From: Planctomycetota bacterium
Lineage (GTDB): Bacteria; Planctomycetota; Planctomycetia; Pirellulales; PLA5
DNA length: 52,027 bases
Direction: 5' to 3'
Assembly (NCBI GenBank): GCA_029259895.1
Contig: JAJDEG010000123.1
Span: 1-52,027, forward strand
Shown: positions 1 to 10,347 of the stretch, in pieces
Position numbering within the stretch: position 1 is the stretch's first letter
Layout of the letters: the number at the start of each line of letters is the position of its first letter
The notes under the pieces: model-generated
Told to the model about the DNA's origin: nothing
What the model saw: the letters and a program-made list of their open reading frames with translations, nothing else
The model's database searches: none
Program-made: the position numbers and the translations under genes

Positions 1-122
1 GCGTCTCGATCTTGCCTGGCTTGCCATCAAGCGGCTCGCAACGGCCACAAGAAGCCGACTCGCCGTTTCCAACCGCCAAACCGAGCTTCGGAAGTTCGCC
101 GCGGCCGCGGCATGAAACGCCC

Positions 123-140
123 TTTTTCAACGGGCTGCTA
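123..140. mobile_element. Possible insertion-sequence terminal inverted repeat
   Basis: TTTTTCAACGGGCTGCTA resembles IS1182/IS5-like right ends. It follows a + strand frame open from the window start that stops at about 114. No transposase motif is visible. Confidence 0.25.
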
Positions 141-306
141 ACCGTTGCTTAGGCCAGCGTGAACAACAAGGAAGCGTTCGGAATTTGACCACGACATGCT
201 GGCGTTGCGTGGGCTGACAATTTCGCGCAGTGCGGACCAACAAGTTGATGGTGAGCACATTGCACCTGGTATGTTCACCGAGGGCTAGGTACGTCGGGGA
301 GCTAAA

Positions 307-1458
307 TTACTCCGCGTCGGCGAAGAGGGCTTCTGTGAATTCGTTGGGGTCGAAGGTGGCGAAGTCTTCTGGTTTTTCGCCGAGGCCGACGAATTTTACT
401 GGGAGCTTGAATTCTTGGCGGATGGGGACGACTACGCCGCCTTTGGCTGTGCCGTCTAGTTTGGCGAGGATGATGCCCGTGCATTGGACGGCTTCGGTGA
501 AGCCTTTGGCCTGGCTGACGCCGTTTTGGCCAGCGGTGGCGTCTAGGACTAGCAGGACTTCGTGCGGGGCGGCGGGGATTTGTTTGTTGATGACGCGGTG
601 GATCTTGGACAGCTCTTGCATGAGGCTGGTTTGGGTTTGCAGGCGGCCGGCGGTGTCGACGATGCAGACGTCGGCTTTCTTCTCGATGGCCGTGGCGACG
701 GCGCGGTGGGCGACGCTGGCCGGGTCGGAGCCTTGGGGACCGGTGACGATTTCGGCACCGACGCGGGCGGCCCAAACGGTGAGCTGCTCGACGGCGGCGG
801 CGCGGAAGGTGTCGGCGGCGCCGAGGACGACGGTCTTGCCTTCGCCGCGGAAACGGCTGGCTAGCTTGGCGATGCTGGTGGTTTTGCCGGAGCCGTTGAC
901 GCCGCAGATCATGAGGACGGTGGGGCCGGATTCGGCGAATGCGAGCGGCGCGGCGGCGGTGAATTCGTCTTGGGCCATGAGCGACTTGAGCTTCTCTTTG
1001 ACCTTGGCGAGGACTTCGGACATCTGGGCGACGCGGGCGCGGAAGTTGTCGCGGACTTCGGCGACGATTTCCTTGGAGGCTTTTACGCCCATGTCTGTCT
1101 TGACGAGGGCGGCGAAGAGTTCGTCGAGGAAGGCGTCGTCGACGAGGCGGCCTTCGCGCTTGAAGAGGTCGCGGATGTCGGTCTTGAGGAGCGCGGTGGT
1201 CTTGGAGAGGCCGGTTTTTAGGCGGGCGAAGAAGCCGCGCTTTGCGGGGACTGGGGGCTGGGGGCTGGGGGTTGGGGGTTGGGATTCGGGGGTCGGGATT
1301 CGGGATTCGGGGGCGGTGTCGATGGCGCTATCGGTGGCATTATCGACGGCGTCGACTTCTTCGAGATCGACTTCGTTAACATCGACTTCGGAGACGGGCG
1401 CGGGCGGTGTTTGCGTGGTGGGTTTTGGTTTGCTGCGGAAGCGGTCGAAGATGCCCAT
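307..1458 (-). CDS. ftsY: Signal recognition particle receptor FtsY
   Basis: GVNGSGKTTSIAKLA, AADTFRAAAVEQL, DTAGRLQT and KLDGTAKGG SRP-GTPase motifs; acidic N-terminus. Confidence 0.97.
   Translation of the reverse strand: MGIFDRFRSKPKPTTQTPPAPVSEVDVNEVDLEEVDAVDNATDSAIDTAPESRIPTPESQPPTPSPQPPVPAKRGFFARLKTGLSKTTALLKTDIRDLFKREGRLVDDAFLDELFAALVKTDMGVKASKEIVAEVRDNFRARVAQMSEVLAKVKEKLKSLMAQDEFTAAAPLAFAESGPTVLMICGVNGSGKTTSIAKLASRFRGEGKTVVLGAADTFRAAAVEQLTVWAARVGAEIVTGPQGSDPASVAHRAVATAIEKKADVCIVDTAGRLQTQTSLMQELSKIHRVINKQIPAAPHEVLLVLDATAGQNGVSQAKGFTEAVQCTGIILAKLDGTAKGGVVVPIRQEFKLPVKFVGLGEKPEDFATFDPNEFTEALFADAE
1250..1313. repeat. Heptamer tandem repeat (GGGGCTG/GGGATTC-type) inside ftsY
   Basis: ctggggg ctggggg ctggggg ttggggg ttgggat tcggggg tcgggat tcgggat tcggggg; encodes PESRIPTPESQPPTPSPQPP. 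Confidence 0.8.
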
Positions 1459-1596
1459 GGGGGGAAGTCTCGGTTTTCAAGGTTCAAGTTTCAAGGTTCA
1501 AATGAGGTTTAAGGTCTAGGCAGTGCTTTCGGCGAAAGGATTCGCCTCCTACAGTTCTGGGATAAGCACTAAGTCTTACGACTCAGGCCTCGGGCC

Positions 1597-2250
1597 TCAA
1601 GCCTCACGCCTTCGTTGGACGAGGGCGGCGAGCTTGTCGACGACCTCCTCGGGTGTGAGGCCGTCGGTGCGAACTTCGATGGCGTCGGGGGCCGGGACGA
1701 GGGGGCCGACGGTGCGGGTGGCGTCGCTGGCGTCGCGGTCGTTTTGTTGGGCTAGGACTTCGTCGAAGTCGATCGTTTCGCCGCGGGCGAGGAGGTCGGC
1801 GTGGCGGCGGCGGGCGCGTTCTTCGGCGCTGGCGGTGAGGAAGATTTTGCACTCGGCATTGGGGAAAGCGACCGTGCCTTGGTCGCGGCCTTCGGTGACA
1901 AAGTCGGCGGCGGCGACGACGCGCTGCTGGAGGGCGACGAGGTGCGCTCGGACTTGGGGATTGCCTGCGGTGTGGCGGGTGAGGCGGGTGACTTCGACGG
2001 TGCGGATGGCGGCCGTGACGTCCTCACCGTCGAGCAGGACGCGCTCGGCCGTGACGTCGATGTTGGCGGCATTGGCGGCGTCGGCGACGGCTTGGGCGTC
2101 GTTCCAGTCGACGCCGCGGCGATGGGCGGCCAGCGCGGCGGCGCGATACATCGCGCCAGTGTCGAGGAAGCGGAAGCCGAGACGCTCGGCGAGCCGCCGC
2201 GCGACGACGCTTTTACCGGCACCGGCGGGTCCGTCGATGGTGACGATCAT
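1597..2250 (-). CDS. cmk: Cytidylate kinase
   Basis: IVTIDGPAGAGKS, LDTGAMYRA, EGRDQGT and FLTASAEERARRR motifs. Confidence 0.97.
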   Translation of the reverse strand: MIVTIDGPAGAGKSVVARRLAERLGFRFLDTGAMYRAAALAAHRRGVDWNDAQAVADAANAANIDVTAERVLLDGEDVTAAIRTVEVTRLTRHTAGNPQVRAHLVALQQRVVAAADFVTEGRDQGTVAFPNAECKIFLTASAEERARRRHADLLARGETIDFDEVLAQQNDRDASDATRTVGPLVPAPDAIEVRTDGLTPEEVVDKLAALVQRRREA

Positions 2251-2254
2251 GAAC

Positions 2255-2299
2255 GGGGGCTGGAGGTTGGGGGCTGGGGGTGGGGATTCGAGATTCAGG
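2255..2299. repeat. Heptamer repeat, same family as the one in ftsY
   Basis: gggggctggaggttgggggctgggggtggggattcgagattcagg between the GH38-like gene and cmk. Confidence 0.6.
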
Positions 2300-2308
2300 G
2301 CACGGCGA

Positions 2309-5116
2309 TTACCAGCGGGCTTCTAGGGCTAGCCATTGGCCGGCGGATAGTTCGGCGATGGCGTTGCCATCTTCCGTGGTTAGGTCGTAGACGGTTTTGC
2401 CGAGGAAGTCGACTTCTTGGGCCGTGGCGATGGGGTGCAATGCGGAGATGCGAACTTTCGCCGGACGGCCGAGCGTTTCGAGCAGGCGGGTGCGAAAGCC
2501 GACTGGTTTGCCGTCTTCGACAATGGGCGACCAGTGCGTGGCAACGACGTTCTTGGCGTCGATGTGGAAGAACCAACTCGTCGCGCCGACGGCTGGGGCG
2601 GTTGTCGGTTCGGCGAGCAGGGCTGGCGGCGCTAGCAGATCGAGAGCCGCGGCCATTGGCTGTTTAATGCCAAGGCCGAGGGCGATGCGATAGCGGCGGG
2701 CCGTTTCGCCGCGGGTGACGAGCAGCGTGTCGAGCATCCGCGGACCGCTCACTCGATGGTACGGCAGACCGAGCGTGAAGATCGTCACCATGCCTTGCGG
2801 CAAGTCGAGGTCGATGTAATGCGGAGCTTCGATGCGGGAAAGTTCGGTCGGTTGACGAAGGCCGCCGACTGTGCGAAAGAGGTTGGCGGTTTCGTCTGCC
2901 CAGGCGAAGCGGCTGCCGTAGTAGGAGTTCCAGGGATCGGCACGGGGCGGCTCGTCGATGTCGAGTTCGATGTCGATTTCGAGCACCGGGCGGCTGCGCC
3001 AGAGGCGGAACGTTTGGCGATAGCCGGCGAGGCGCTTGCCTTGGCGGTCGAGCAGGCGGCCGGCGGCGACGGTCTCGCCCAACACGGGGCCGGCGGACTT
3101 GACGGTGACGCGGTCGGCGGCCATGACCGAGTAGACGGCGGCCTCGTCGGGATCGCGCCACGGATCGCCGGAAGCTCGGGCAGGGCCGGGCGTGCGTAAC
3201 GCGAGTTGCTGCGAGATCAGGTTCTTGCGGTGATTGACGCCGCGGAAGGATTGTAGCGCTCCGGTGACCGGATTGACGTGGGCCTCGATGTAGCCGTTTT
3301 GGAGCAAGCCGGTTGCGTCGGCCATAGGGGCAGGTGGCTTGACGCGACCACGCGTCGCTGGCGGGGCTGTCTGGCTATCACCGCCGCCGATCCAGGCGAA
3401 ACCGAGCGGCGGAACTTCGACCACGGCGCGGCATACAGAGCCATCAACGCCGGCGGCAAGGACGGGACCGTCGACGTGCGGCGTGGCCATGCCGGATGGC
3501 ATGTTGACGCCCAAGCGGCGTTTGAAGCTCAACGGGTTGAAGACGAGAATGCCGGGAGAGCCGCCCGCGACGACGCGGGGAATGCGGTCGTTGATGGCGG
3601 CGATGAGGGCGTCGGGTGATTGGGCATCGCTGTTTGGCTGGCTACCGAGTGCAACGGCGATCGTATGGAGCGCGTCGTGGGCGGCGCGTGCGGCGGCGGC
3701 TTGGTGATCGCGAACGTGCCGCGAAATTGGATCGGGCCGCTCGCGGAGGACGTCGTGCGTAAGCAGCGGCGAGCGATATTCGTCGGCCTCGAAGCGGACG
3801 AAGACGCTGGGCGACGACGACTCGCCGAAGAAGTCCTCGATGGTGACGAACTTGCCGAGCACGGGCGCGTAGCGATGGGCGCGGCGAAGATCCTCGTGCC
3901 AACAGGCGACCTGACCGGGCCAATGGGCGAGCACGACGCAGGCGACGTGATGGTGGTCCATCGACTCGCCCATCTTGACCGAAAGGCCGAGAAAACTATC
4001 GGCACGGGCGGCATCGAGCGGCAGGCGGTTCAAGGCGTCGATGGCCGTGCCGTCGAGGCCTTCCCAGCGGGATTTCGCCTGCTCGCTCTGCGGGAAACGT
4101 CCCTCGTCGAGCGAAACGTGCCACGCTCCGGCGAAACCGGTCTTCGAGAGGAGCTGCGGAAGCCACGGGGCGATGGCGAAGCGGCGGCTTCCCCACACGG
4201 CCGGCTGGTGACCGAGGTGCTGCTCGTACAAGTTCAAGCCACGGCGGAAGTCCGTGAGGACGGTTTCCGGATCGGCCAGCGGCGGGTCGGCCGCGCCGTA
4301 CGATCCACCGATGACGCCGATACGCTTCTCTGTCCACGCCGTGCGGATGTCGGCGAGCGTGTCGCCGTGAGAATCGGCAAGCGCGGCGAGGTCGTCGCCG
4401 GCAAGGAGCAGGCTGACCGGAACTGGACCGGCGACTTCCCGGCGCAGCGACTGGCCAAGCGTCGTGGACGCCGTCAGGACCACGTCGATTAGATAGGCGT
4501 CGACGGGGTAGAAATGTTCACGGGCTTCGGCCAACACGTCGAAGCAGTTTTGCAGCCGGCGGCGGGTTTCTTCCTGGTCGTTGCCGACATAGGCGGTGGC
4601 GCCGGCGACGATCTGTTGGTTGAAGTTGGCCTGATCGATGTTGCTCATGTACCGCATGCGGCGGGTGAGCAGTTCGACCTGAAGGTAGAGAAAGCCGACG
4701 GCGAGAAAATCGGCGGCGAGGTCGTCTGTGGATGGATCGTCGGTTGAACTGCTGGCAGTCGGATTGTCGCTGTCATCCCGTTCATCGAGGGCGGCCAACG
4801 CCGCCGCGACGATCTCGCCGCGATGGCGAAGCTTGCGGATGACCGCCGCGCCTTCTTCTTCCGCCCGGCTGATATAGCCGGCGGGCAGTTCACGATCGCA
4901 CATTTCTGGCACGACGACCAACCGTCCGGCCAGCGTTTCCGGCGGGCAATCGACGCGCTGCCACGTCGGCATCGCCGCAGCCGATGCGATCAGCCTAGGA
5001 TGCCAGAGCGCCGACCACGCCGAAAGCACGGCCTCGGCCTCGTCGGCTTCATAATGGACCGGAAAGTCCTCCAGACTGTGGCACGGCAGTAGGACGATCA
5101 GTTCTTCGAACTTCAT
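2309..5116 (-). CDS. Large conserved hypothetical protein, glycoside hydrolase GH38/GH57 (alpha-mannosidase)-like
   Basis: 935-aa ORF with host-like codon usage. Segments WEGLDGTAI, VFNPLSFKRR, VEVPPLGFAW and LLQNGYIEAHVNPVTGAL resemble GH38 middle and C-terminal regions. Confidence 0.6.
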   Translation of the reverse strand: MKFEELIVLLPCHSLEDFPVHYEADEAEAVLSAWSALWHPRLIASAAAMPTWQRVDCPPETLAGRLVVVPEMCDRELPAGYISRAEEEGAAVIRKLRHRGEIVAAALAALDERDDSDNPTASSSTDDPSTDDLAADFLAVGFLYLQVELLTRRMRYMSNIDQANFNQQIVAGATAYVGNDQEETRRRLQNCFDVLAEAREHFYPVDAYLIDVVLTASTTLGQSLRREVAGPVPVSLLLAGDDLAALADSHGDTLADIRTAWTEKRIGVIGGSYGAADPPLADPETVLTDFRRGLNLYEQHLGHQPAVWGSRRFAIAPWLPQLLSKTGFAGAWHVSLDEGRFPQSEQAKSRWEGLDGTAIDALNRLPLDAARADSFLGLSVKMGESMDHHHVACVVLAHWPGQVACWHEDLRRAHRYAPVLGKFVTIEDFFGESSSPSVFVRFEADEYRSPLLTHDVLRERPDPISRHVRDHQAAAARAAHDALHTIAVALGSQPNSDAQSPDALIAAINDRIPRVVAGGSPGILVFNPLSFKRRLGVNMPSGMATPHVDGPVLAAGVDGSVCRAVVEVPPLGFAWIGGGDSQTAPPATRGRVKPPAPMADATGLLQNGYIEAHVNPVTGALQSFRGVNHRKNLISQQLALRTPGPARASGDPWRDPDEAAVYSVMAADRVTVKSAGPVLGETVAAGRLLDRQGKRLAGYRQTFRLWRSRPVLEIDIELDIDEPPRADPWNSYYGSRFAWADETANLFRTVGGLRQPTELSRIEAPHYIDLDLPQGMVTIFTLGLPYHRVSGPRMLDTLLVTRGETARRYRIALGLGIKQPMAAALDLLAPPALLAEPTTAPAVGATSWFFHIDAKNVVATHWSPIVEDGKPVGFRTRLLETLGRPAKVRISALHPIATAQEVDFLGKTVYDLTTEDGNAIAELSAGQWLALEARW

Positions 5117-5432
5117 GAAACCGTGCGGGTGTGGCGAGGACGATGGGACGACCCAAACAAGACGCGGCCGATATGGACATGGGCAGCGCGGATTGGCCGA
5201 ACGGGGGACGCTTCACGATAAACCACGGTTGGTCGACCGTCGAGGCGTGCTTCCGGGGGCCGTGACGGCAACGGCCTCGAATGCAATCGGCAGGCGTCGC
5301 GGAATCCTTGCGTGCCACGCCGGCGTTGGTTAGGCTGTCGACGAACGGTTTTTGAGGGACTTTGCGGTCTGATTAGGCGACCGCTTACGGCACGGCCGAT
5401 GCCGACGCGAACCGGCCCGCGGGGAACTTGCG

Positions 5433-5849
5433 ATGACGGATGCGAAGACGGAAGCAAAGAGCGACGCCCCGGCGAAGCTAGGCACGGGGAAGCGGGTGTT
5501 GCTGGTAGACGACGATTACGAGATCGTCGAGGCGATTCGCCACGCGCTCGAGGCGAAGGGATATACCGTGCTGCTCGCCCGTGATGGCAACCAGGGGCTG
5601 GCGATGGCCGAACGGGAAGACCCCGATTTGATGATCCTGGACATGATGATGCCCAAGCGGAGCGGGTTCTTGGTGCTCGAAAAGCTGCGGCGGAGCCGGC
5701 CTGTGCCGCTAAGAGTCATCATGATTACCGCTAACGAGGGGAGTCGTCACAAAGCATACGCGGAGATGCTGGGGGTCGACGACTATATCCGCAAGCCGTT
5801 CGCCATGGACCGGCTAATCGAGAGCGTTGGGCGACTGTTGGCGACATAG
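5433..5849 (+). CDS. Single-domain response regulator (receiver)
   Basis: VLLVDDD, PDLMILDMMMP, IMITA and YIRKPF receiver motifs. Confidence 0.93.
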   Translation: MTDAKTEAKSDAPAKLGTGKRVLLVDDDYEIVEAIRHALEAKGYTVLLARDGNQGLAMAEREDPDLMILDMMMPKRSGFLVLEKLRRSRPVPLRVIMITANEGSRHKAYAEMLGVDDYIRKPFAMDRLIESVGRLLAT

Positions 5850-5940
5850 CGGCTGCTGGCGACACGTAGCGACCTGGCGCGCAGCCACGATCACGGGAGC
5901 CGGGAGACGGAAAACGGAAGCGCTGCGGCAATAAGTCCCC

Positions 5941-5968
5941 TTTCGCAAACGCCGGCGACTCCTATAAT
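5941..5968 (+). promoter_or_regulatory. Probable sigma70 promoter of rpmI-rplT-pheST
   Basis: Perfect TATAAT at 5963-5968, about 45 nt upstream of the rpmI ATG. The -35 element is weak. Confidence 0.45.
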
Positions 5969-6012
5969 GCGGGATTACCGAGTTTTCCCGTTCTCGACGC
6001 GAGCGACGAGTT

Positions 6013-6216
6013 ATGCCTAAGCAAAAGACCCACAAAGGAGCCAAAAAACGGTTCCGCGTGACCGCCAACGGCAAGGTCATGCACCGTGCGGCCGGCACGA
6101 GCCACTTGGCCGCCGGGGTGAGCAAGAAACGCCGCCGCAATTTGCGCGGAACGCGCGTGCTGGCCGACGTCTCGTCGAAGAATATCCGACGAGCGCTGGC
6201 TGGAAAAAGTTACTAA
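6013..6216 (+). CDS. rpmI: 50S ribosomal protein L35
   Basis: MPKQKTHKGAKKRFRVTANGKV; located upstream of rplT. Confidence 0.97.
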   Translation: MPKQKTHKGAKKRFRVTANGKVMHRAAGTSHLAAGVSKKRRRNLRGTRVLADVSSKNIRRALAGKSY

Positions 6217-6431
6217 CCGAACAACCGCCGAAGGCTACTGGCCTTCGGCACGTCGCGTGGCGAGAAAATACGCCGCGCGATAGGCCAGCAGCGCGATGAG
6301 CGTTGCCGGCTGCGGGCGAAACGAAACGGCCGACTGTCCCGCTCCGCCCGATGCCCGGCACATGGGCGAACCAACTTCCGTCGGCCTTTGCGGCGGGGGC
6401 CCGATGTGCCAACAGTGAGAAAGATTGAACC

Positions 6432-6800
6432 ATGCGTACACGTAAAGGTGCCGCGCGCAATCAGGCGAAGAAGCGGCTGTTCAAGAAGGTCAAGGGCTAC
6501 GTCGGCGGCCGTCACGGACTCTTGCGGACGGCGAAGGAAACGCTCGTTCGCGCCGAGGCATTCGCCTTCCGCGATCGCCGAGCCAAGAAACGCGAGTTTC
6601 GTCGGCTGTGGATCATCCGCCTCAACGCCGCCTGCCGCGAGCGTGGCTTGCGTTATAGCGAGTTCATCAACGGTCTGGGCAAAGCGAATATCGAAACCAA
6701 CCGCAAGATGCTTTCGGAAATGGCGATTCGCGATCCACAAGCTTTCGACGCCGTGTTCGCCCTCGTCAAGGACGCGCTCGGCGCGACGGCCGCGGCATAG
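6432..6800 (+). CDS. rplT: 50S ribosomal protein L20
   Basis: [23 protein letters not shown] and NRKMLSEMA motifs. Confidence 0.98.
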   Translation: MRTRKGAARNQAKKRLFKKVKGYVGGRHGLLRTAKETLVRAEAFAFRDRRAKKREFRRLWIIRLNAACRERGLRYSEFINGLGKANIETNRKMLSEMAIRDPQAFDAVFALVKDALGATAAA

Positions 6801-6827
6801 CGTTTCGCAACGGTGTAGTTGCGTGAC

Positions 6828-6908
6828 GTAGGGTGGGTCGAATGGAGTGAGGCCCACCAGGTTTCGGCGTCCTTCTCGGTGGGCCTCACTCCGTTCGACC
6901 CACCCTAC
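6828..6908. repeat. GTAG-type REP doublet (REPIN-like), copy 1
   Basis: GTAGGGTGGGTCGAATGGAGTGAGGCCCACC ... GGTGGGCCTCACTCCGTTCGACCCACCCTAC inverted pair; near-identical copies at 49120 and 51341. Confidence 0.85.
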
Positions 6909-6965
6909 GCGAAGTCCGCACTGGCTGACCAGCCGGTGGCAGTACCCCGATAATCTGTTAGGACA

Positions 6966-8021
6966 ATGGGTCTGGCCGAATTCACCGCCGAACTGGAAGC
7001 GATGCGCTCGGCGGCGGCGACAGCCTTCGCTTCCGCGGCCGATGTCGAAGCGCTCGAGGCGGCCCGCGTCGACTTTCTCGGTGCCAAAGCGGGCCGTTTG
7101 CGAGCCGCCCAAAAAGGTCTCGGCGCTGTCGCCAAGCAAGACAAACCGCTCGCGGGCAAGCACTTCAACGAAGCTAAGCAGGCCATCGAAGCGTCGTTCG
7201 CGGCGGCGCAGCAGCGGCTCGCATCGAATGGCTCCGCGAAGCGAACCGGGCCGGCGTTCGATCCGACCGTGCCCGGCACGCCGCTCGTTCTCGGCCATCT
7301 GCATCCGATCACACAGACGATCGACGAGCTAACGGACATCATGGGCCGCTTGGGCTTCGCGGTCGCCGACGGACCAGAGATCGAAGACGAGTGGCACAAC
7401 TTCGAGGCGCTGAACATCCCGTTGTCGCATCCGGCCCGCGACCCGCTCGAAAATTTCTACCTTTCGACGGCGAAAGCAGCCGATCCGGCCGGCGGTAAGT
7501 TGAAGCAAGCCGCGACGAGCGAACCGACGCTGCTGTTGCGAAGTCAAACCAGCACGGTCCAAATTCGCGTGATGGAAAAGACTCCGCCGCCGGTGCGCAT
7601 CATTGCACTGGGCCGCGTCTATCGTCCCGACACGGCCGACGCGACGCACTACCCGATGTTCCATCAAATCGAAGGTCTGCTGATCGACCGGCACGTGACG
7701 ATGGCCGACCTCAAGACGGTGCTGCGGTTGTTCGCCAGCAGCTACCTCGGCAGCGACGTCCGCATCCGCTTCCGCCCGTCGTTCTTTCCTTTCACGGAAC
7801 CGAGCGTCGAAGTCGACATGAGCTGGAATGACGGCTGGCTCGAATTCGGCGGTGCGGGCATGGTCGATCCCAACGTGTTACGATCCGTCGGCTACGATCC
7901 CGACGAAGTCTCCGGCTTCGCCTTCGGTCTCGGCGTCGAGCGACTATGCATGCGCCGCCACGCCATCGACGACATCCGCGAGTTCTACAAGAACGACGTG
8001 CGGTTCCTAGAACAGTTTTAG
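6966..8021 (+). CDS. pheS: Phenylalanine--tRNA ligase alpha subunit
   Basis: [41 protein letters not shown] and [11 protein letters not shown] motifs. Confidence 0.98.
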   Translation: MGLAEFTAELEAMRSAAATAFASAADVEALEAARVDFLGAKAGRLRAAQKGLGAVAKQDKPLAGKHFNEAKQAIEASFAAAQQRLASNGSAKRTGPAFDPTVPGTPLVLGHLHPITQTIDELTDIMGRLGFAVADGPEIEDEWHNFEALNIPLSHPARDPLENFYLSTAKAADPAGGKLKQAATSEPTLLLRSQTSTVQIRVMEKTPPPVRIIALGRVYRPDTADATHYPMFHQIEGLLIDRHVTMADLKTVLRLFASSYLGSDVRIRFRPSFFPFTEPSVEVDMSWNDGWLEFGGAGMVDPNVLRSVGYDPDEVSGFAFGLGVERLCMRRHAIDDIREFYKNDVRFLEQF

Positions 8022-8092
8022 GCGTCACGATTCACCGAGAAGCTTGTCTTCGTTCTGCCCCTTGTCCCCTGCCTTCTGTCCCCTGATCTCCG

Positions 8093-10111
8093 ATGCTCAT
8101 CTCCTGGGACTGGCTCAAGACCTTCGCTCCGCTCGTCTGCACGCCAGACGAGTTGGCCGTTCGCCTAATGATGGCGGGCCTCAATCACGAAGGCACCACC
8201 GCCGTCGGCGATGACTGGGCGATCGACCTGGAGATCACGAGCAATCGGCCCGATTGCCTGGGGCACATTGGTGTGGCTCGCGAAGCGGCCGTGCTGTTCG
8301 GATTGCCGCTGAATATTCCCCCGGCAGCGGTCAAGGTGACGGGGTCGGCGGTCGGGTCGATTACCAAAGTCACCGTCCACTGTCCGGAGCTTTGTCCGCG
8401 GTATACGGCGCGAGTGATTCGGGGCGTAAAGGTTGGCCCGAGTCCGGCGTGGCTCACGAAGCGGCTTGCCACGATTGGCGTCGCGTCGATCAACAACATC
8501 GTCGACATCACGAACTACGTCCTGATGGAGTCCAGTCAGCCGCTCCATGCGTTCGACCTCGCCAAGCTCGCCGGGCCGGAGATTATCGTCCGCGCGGCGA
8601 CGCAGGGCGAAAAGCTCGTAGCGATCAACCATCACACTTACGAACTCGACGCTGCGATGTGCGCGATTGCCGATGCCCGCGTGCCGGTTGCGTTGGGCGG
8701 CGTGATGGGCGGCGCAGTGACGGAGGTATCGTCGGCTACGCGGGACTTGCTGATCGAAGCAGCCGAGTTTTCGCCGATGTCGATCCGCTCGACGGCCCGC
8801 AAATTGAACCTACACAGCGATTCGTCATACCGCTTCGAGCGTGGCGTCGATCCGGCCGGCGTCGATTGGGCGAGCCGGCGGTGTTGCGAATTGATTCTGG
8901 AACTGGCCGGCGGCGAATTGGCCGAGGGCGTGATCGATTCGGCTGCCGCCAGCGAACCGCTCCAGCCCGTGACGCTACGCTTCGCGCAGCTCAAGCGAAT
9001 TCTCGGCATCGACGTCGACTCGGACGCCGCCCGTCGCATTCTCACGGCCCTCGGCTGCGGCGAGCAGTCGGCCGATCGCGACAACGTGATCGTCGTGCCG
9101 CCAACGTGGCGACGCGACCTGACGCGCGAGATCGACCTCGTCGAGGAAGTTGCCCGCATCAACGGTTACGACAAGATTCCCGAGGACGTGCCCGTGGCAA
9201 TGACGGCATCGACGCGTTCGCCGCACGATCGCGTGGCCGAGAAAGTTCGCCGCGTGCTCACGGCCGCCGGATTCAACGAAGCGCTCACGCCCAGCGTCGT
9301 GACGGAGGATTTCTCCGCGCCGTTCAGTCCCTGGACGGACAACCCGCCGCTGCGATGCAGCGTGCCCGTGCTGCGGCGGGCCGACCTTCTGCGGCGAAGT
9401 CTCGTGCCCAGCTTGCTCGAATCGCGGCGAACGAACGAAGCGCTAGGCAACGAGCGGATCGAGCTGTTCGAGACCGCCCGCGTTTATCTGCCGCAGGGCG
9501 AAGCGTTGCCGCGCGAGGACTTGATGCTGTGTGTGGCCAGCGGCCGGTCGTTCGTCGATGTGAAAGGCGCGCTCGAAGCGGTGGTGGCGTCGGTCCACGC
9601 GGCGGCCGAGGTTGCCAGCGAGGACTACGAACATCCGCTATTTGCCGCGGCGGCCTGTCGGTTGTTGCTCGACGGCGAGCCGTGGGGCTTCTTGGGTGAA
9701 CTTTCCAAGGAGGGCCTTACGCAGTTCGACCTCCGCGAAAACGCGACCGTGGCGGAAGTGCGCTTCGGCCGCCTGCTGGAAATCGCCCGCCTTGTGCCGA
9801 AGTACGCCGTCGTGCCGGCGTATCCGGCGATCGATCGCGATTTGAATTTCGTCGTCGCGGAATCGGTCCGCTGGTCGCAACTCGCGGCGACCGTTCGCTC
9901 GGCGGCCGGCGAGCATCTGGAGCGGATCGAGTATCGCGAAACCTATCGCAACGCCAAGGATCCGCAGTTGGGCAAGGAGCGAAAGAGCTTGCTGCTGGCC
10001 TTACGACTGCGCTCGCATCGCGGCACGCTCACGGGCGAAGAGGCCGACGCCATCCGCGAGCAAATCGTCGCGGCCTGCCAAAAGCAGCACGCCGCGGAAC
10101 TGAGGGCGTAG
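8093..10111 (+). CDS. pheT: Phenylalanine--tRNA ligase beta subunit (short form without the B2 OB domain)
   Basis: LEITSNRPDCL, NIVDITNYV, QPLHAFD, SYRFERGVD and DLTREIDLVEEVARING motifs. Only 672 aa; the N-terminal helix joins directly to the ITSNRPD segment. Confidence 0.96.
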   Translation: MLISWDWLKTFAPLVCTPDELAVRLMMAGLNHEGTTAVGDDWAIDLEITSNRPDCLGHIGVAREAAVLFGLPLNIPPAAVKVTGSAVGSITKVTVHCPELCPRYTARVIRGVKVGPSPAWLTKRLATIGVASINNIVDITNYVLMESSQPLHAFDLAKLAGPEIIVRAATQGEKLVAINHHTYELDAAMCAIADARVPVALGGVMGGAVTEVSSATRDLLIEAAEFSPMSIRSTARKLNLHSDSSYRFERGVDPAGVDWASRRCCELILELAGGELAEGVIDSAAASEPLQPVTLRFAQLKRILGIDVDSDAARRILTALGCGEQSADRDNVIVVPPTWRRDLTREIDLVEEVARINGYDKIPEDVPVAMTASTRSPHDRVAEKVRRVLTAAGFNEALTPSVVTEDFSAPFSPWTDNPPLRCSVPVLRRADLLRRSLVPSLLESRRTNEALGNERIELFETARVYLPQGEALPREDLMLCVASGRSFVDVKGALEAVVASVHAAAEVASEDYEHPLFAAAACRLLLDGEPWGFLGELSKEGLTQFDLRENATVAEVRFGRLLEIARLVPKYAVVPAYPAIDRDLNFVVAESVRWSQLAATVRSAAGEHLERIEYRETYRNAKDPQLGKERKSLLLALRLRSHRGTLTGEEADAIREQIVAACQKQHAAELRA

Positions 10112-10347
10112 TTCCCTGGCTGTTGGAGGCGACGTCCGCGACGCGAATCGCGCGCGACGCCGGCCGATTTTCGGCAATACCACCGTCTCCGCGGCGAATT
10201 TGCCTTCAGTTCGCCATATCCCCTTTCCCACGGCGACGGGCAACGCCAGTTCCTTTCACCCCGCCCGTTGCCACCGCGTACCCCCGCGACGTACCATATT
10301 GTGGCATTGAGCGACTGCGCGCACGGAACGCCTGGGAGGGACGAGTC

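Noticed and set aside
230-2667. Long + strand ORFs opposite ftsY and cmk, and similar shadows opposite the flotillin, ATPase, beta-helix, CotH and top6A genes
   Set aside because: These are antisense shadow ORFs typical of high-GC DNA; the opposite strand carries the recognisable motifs.
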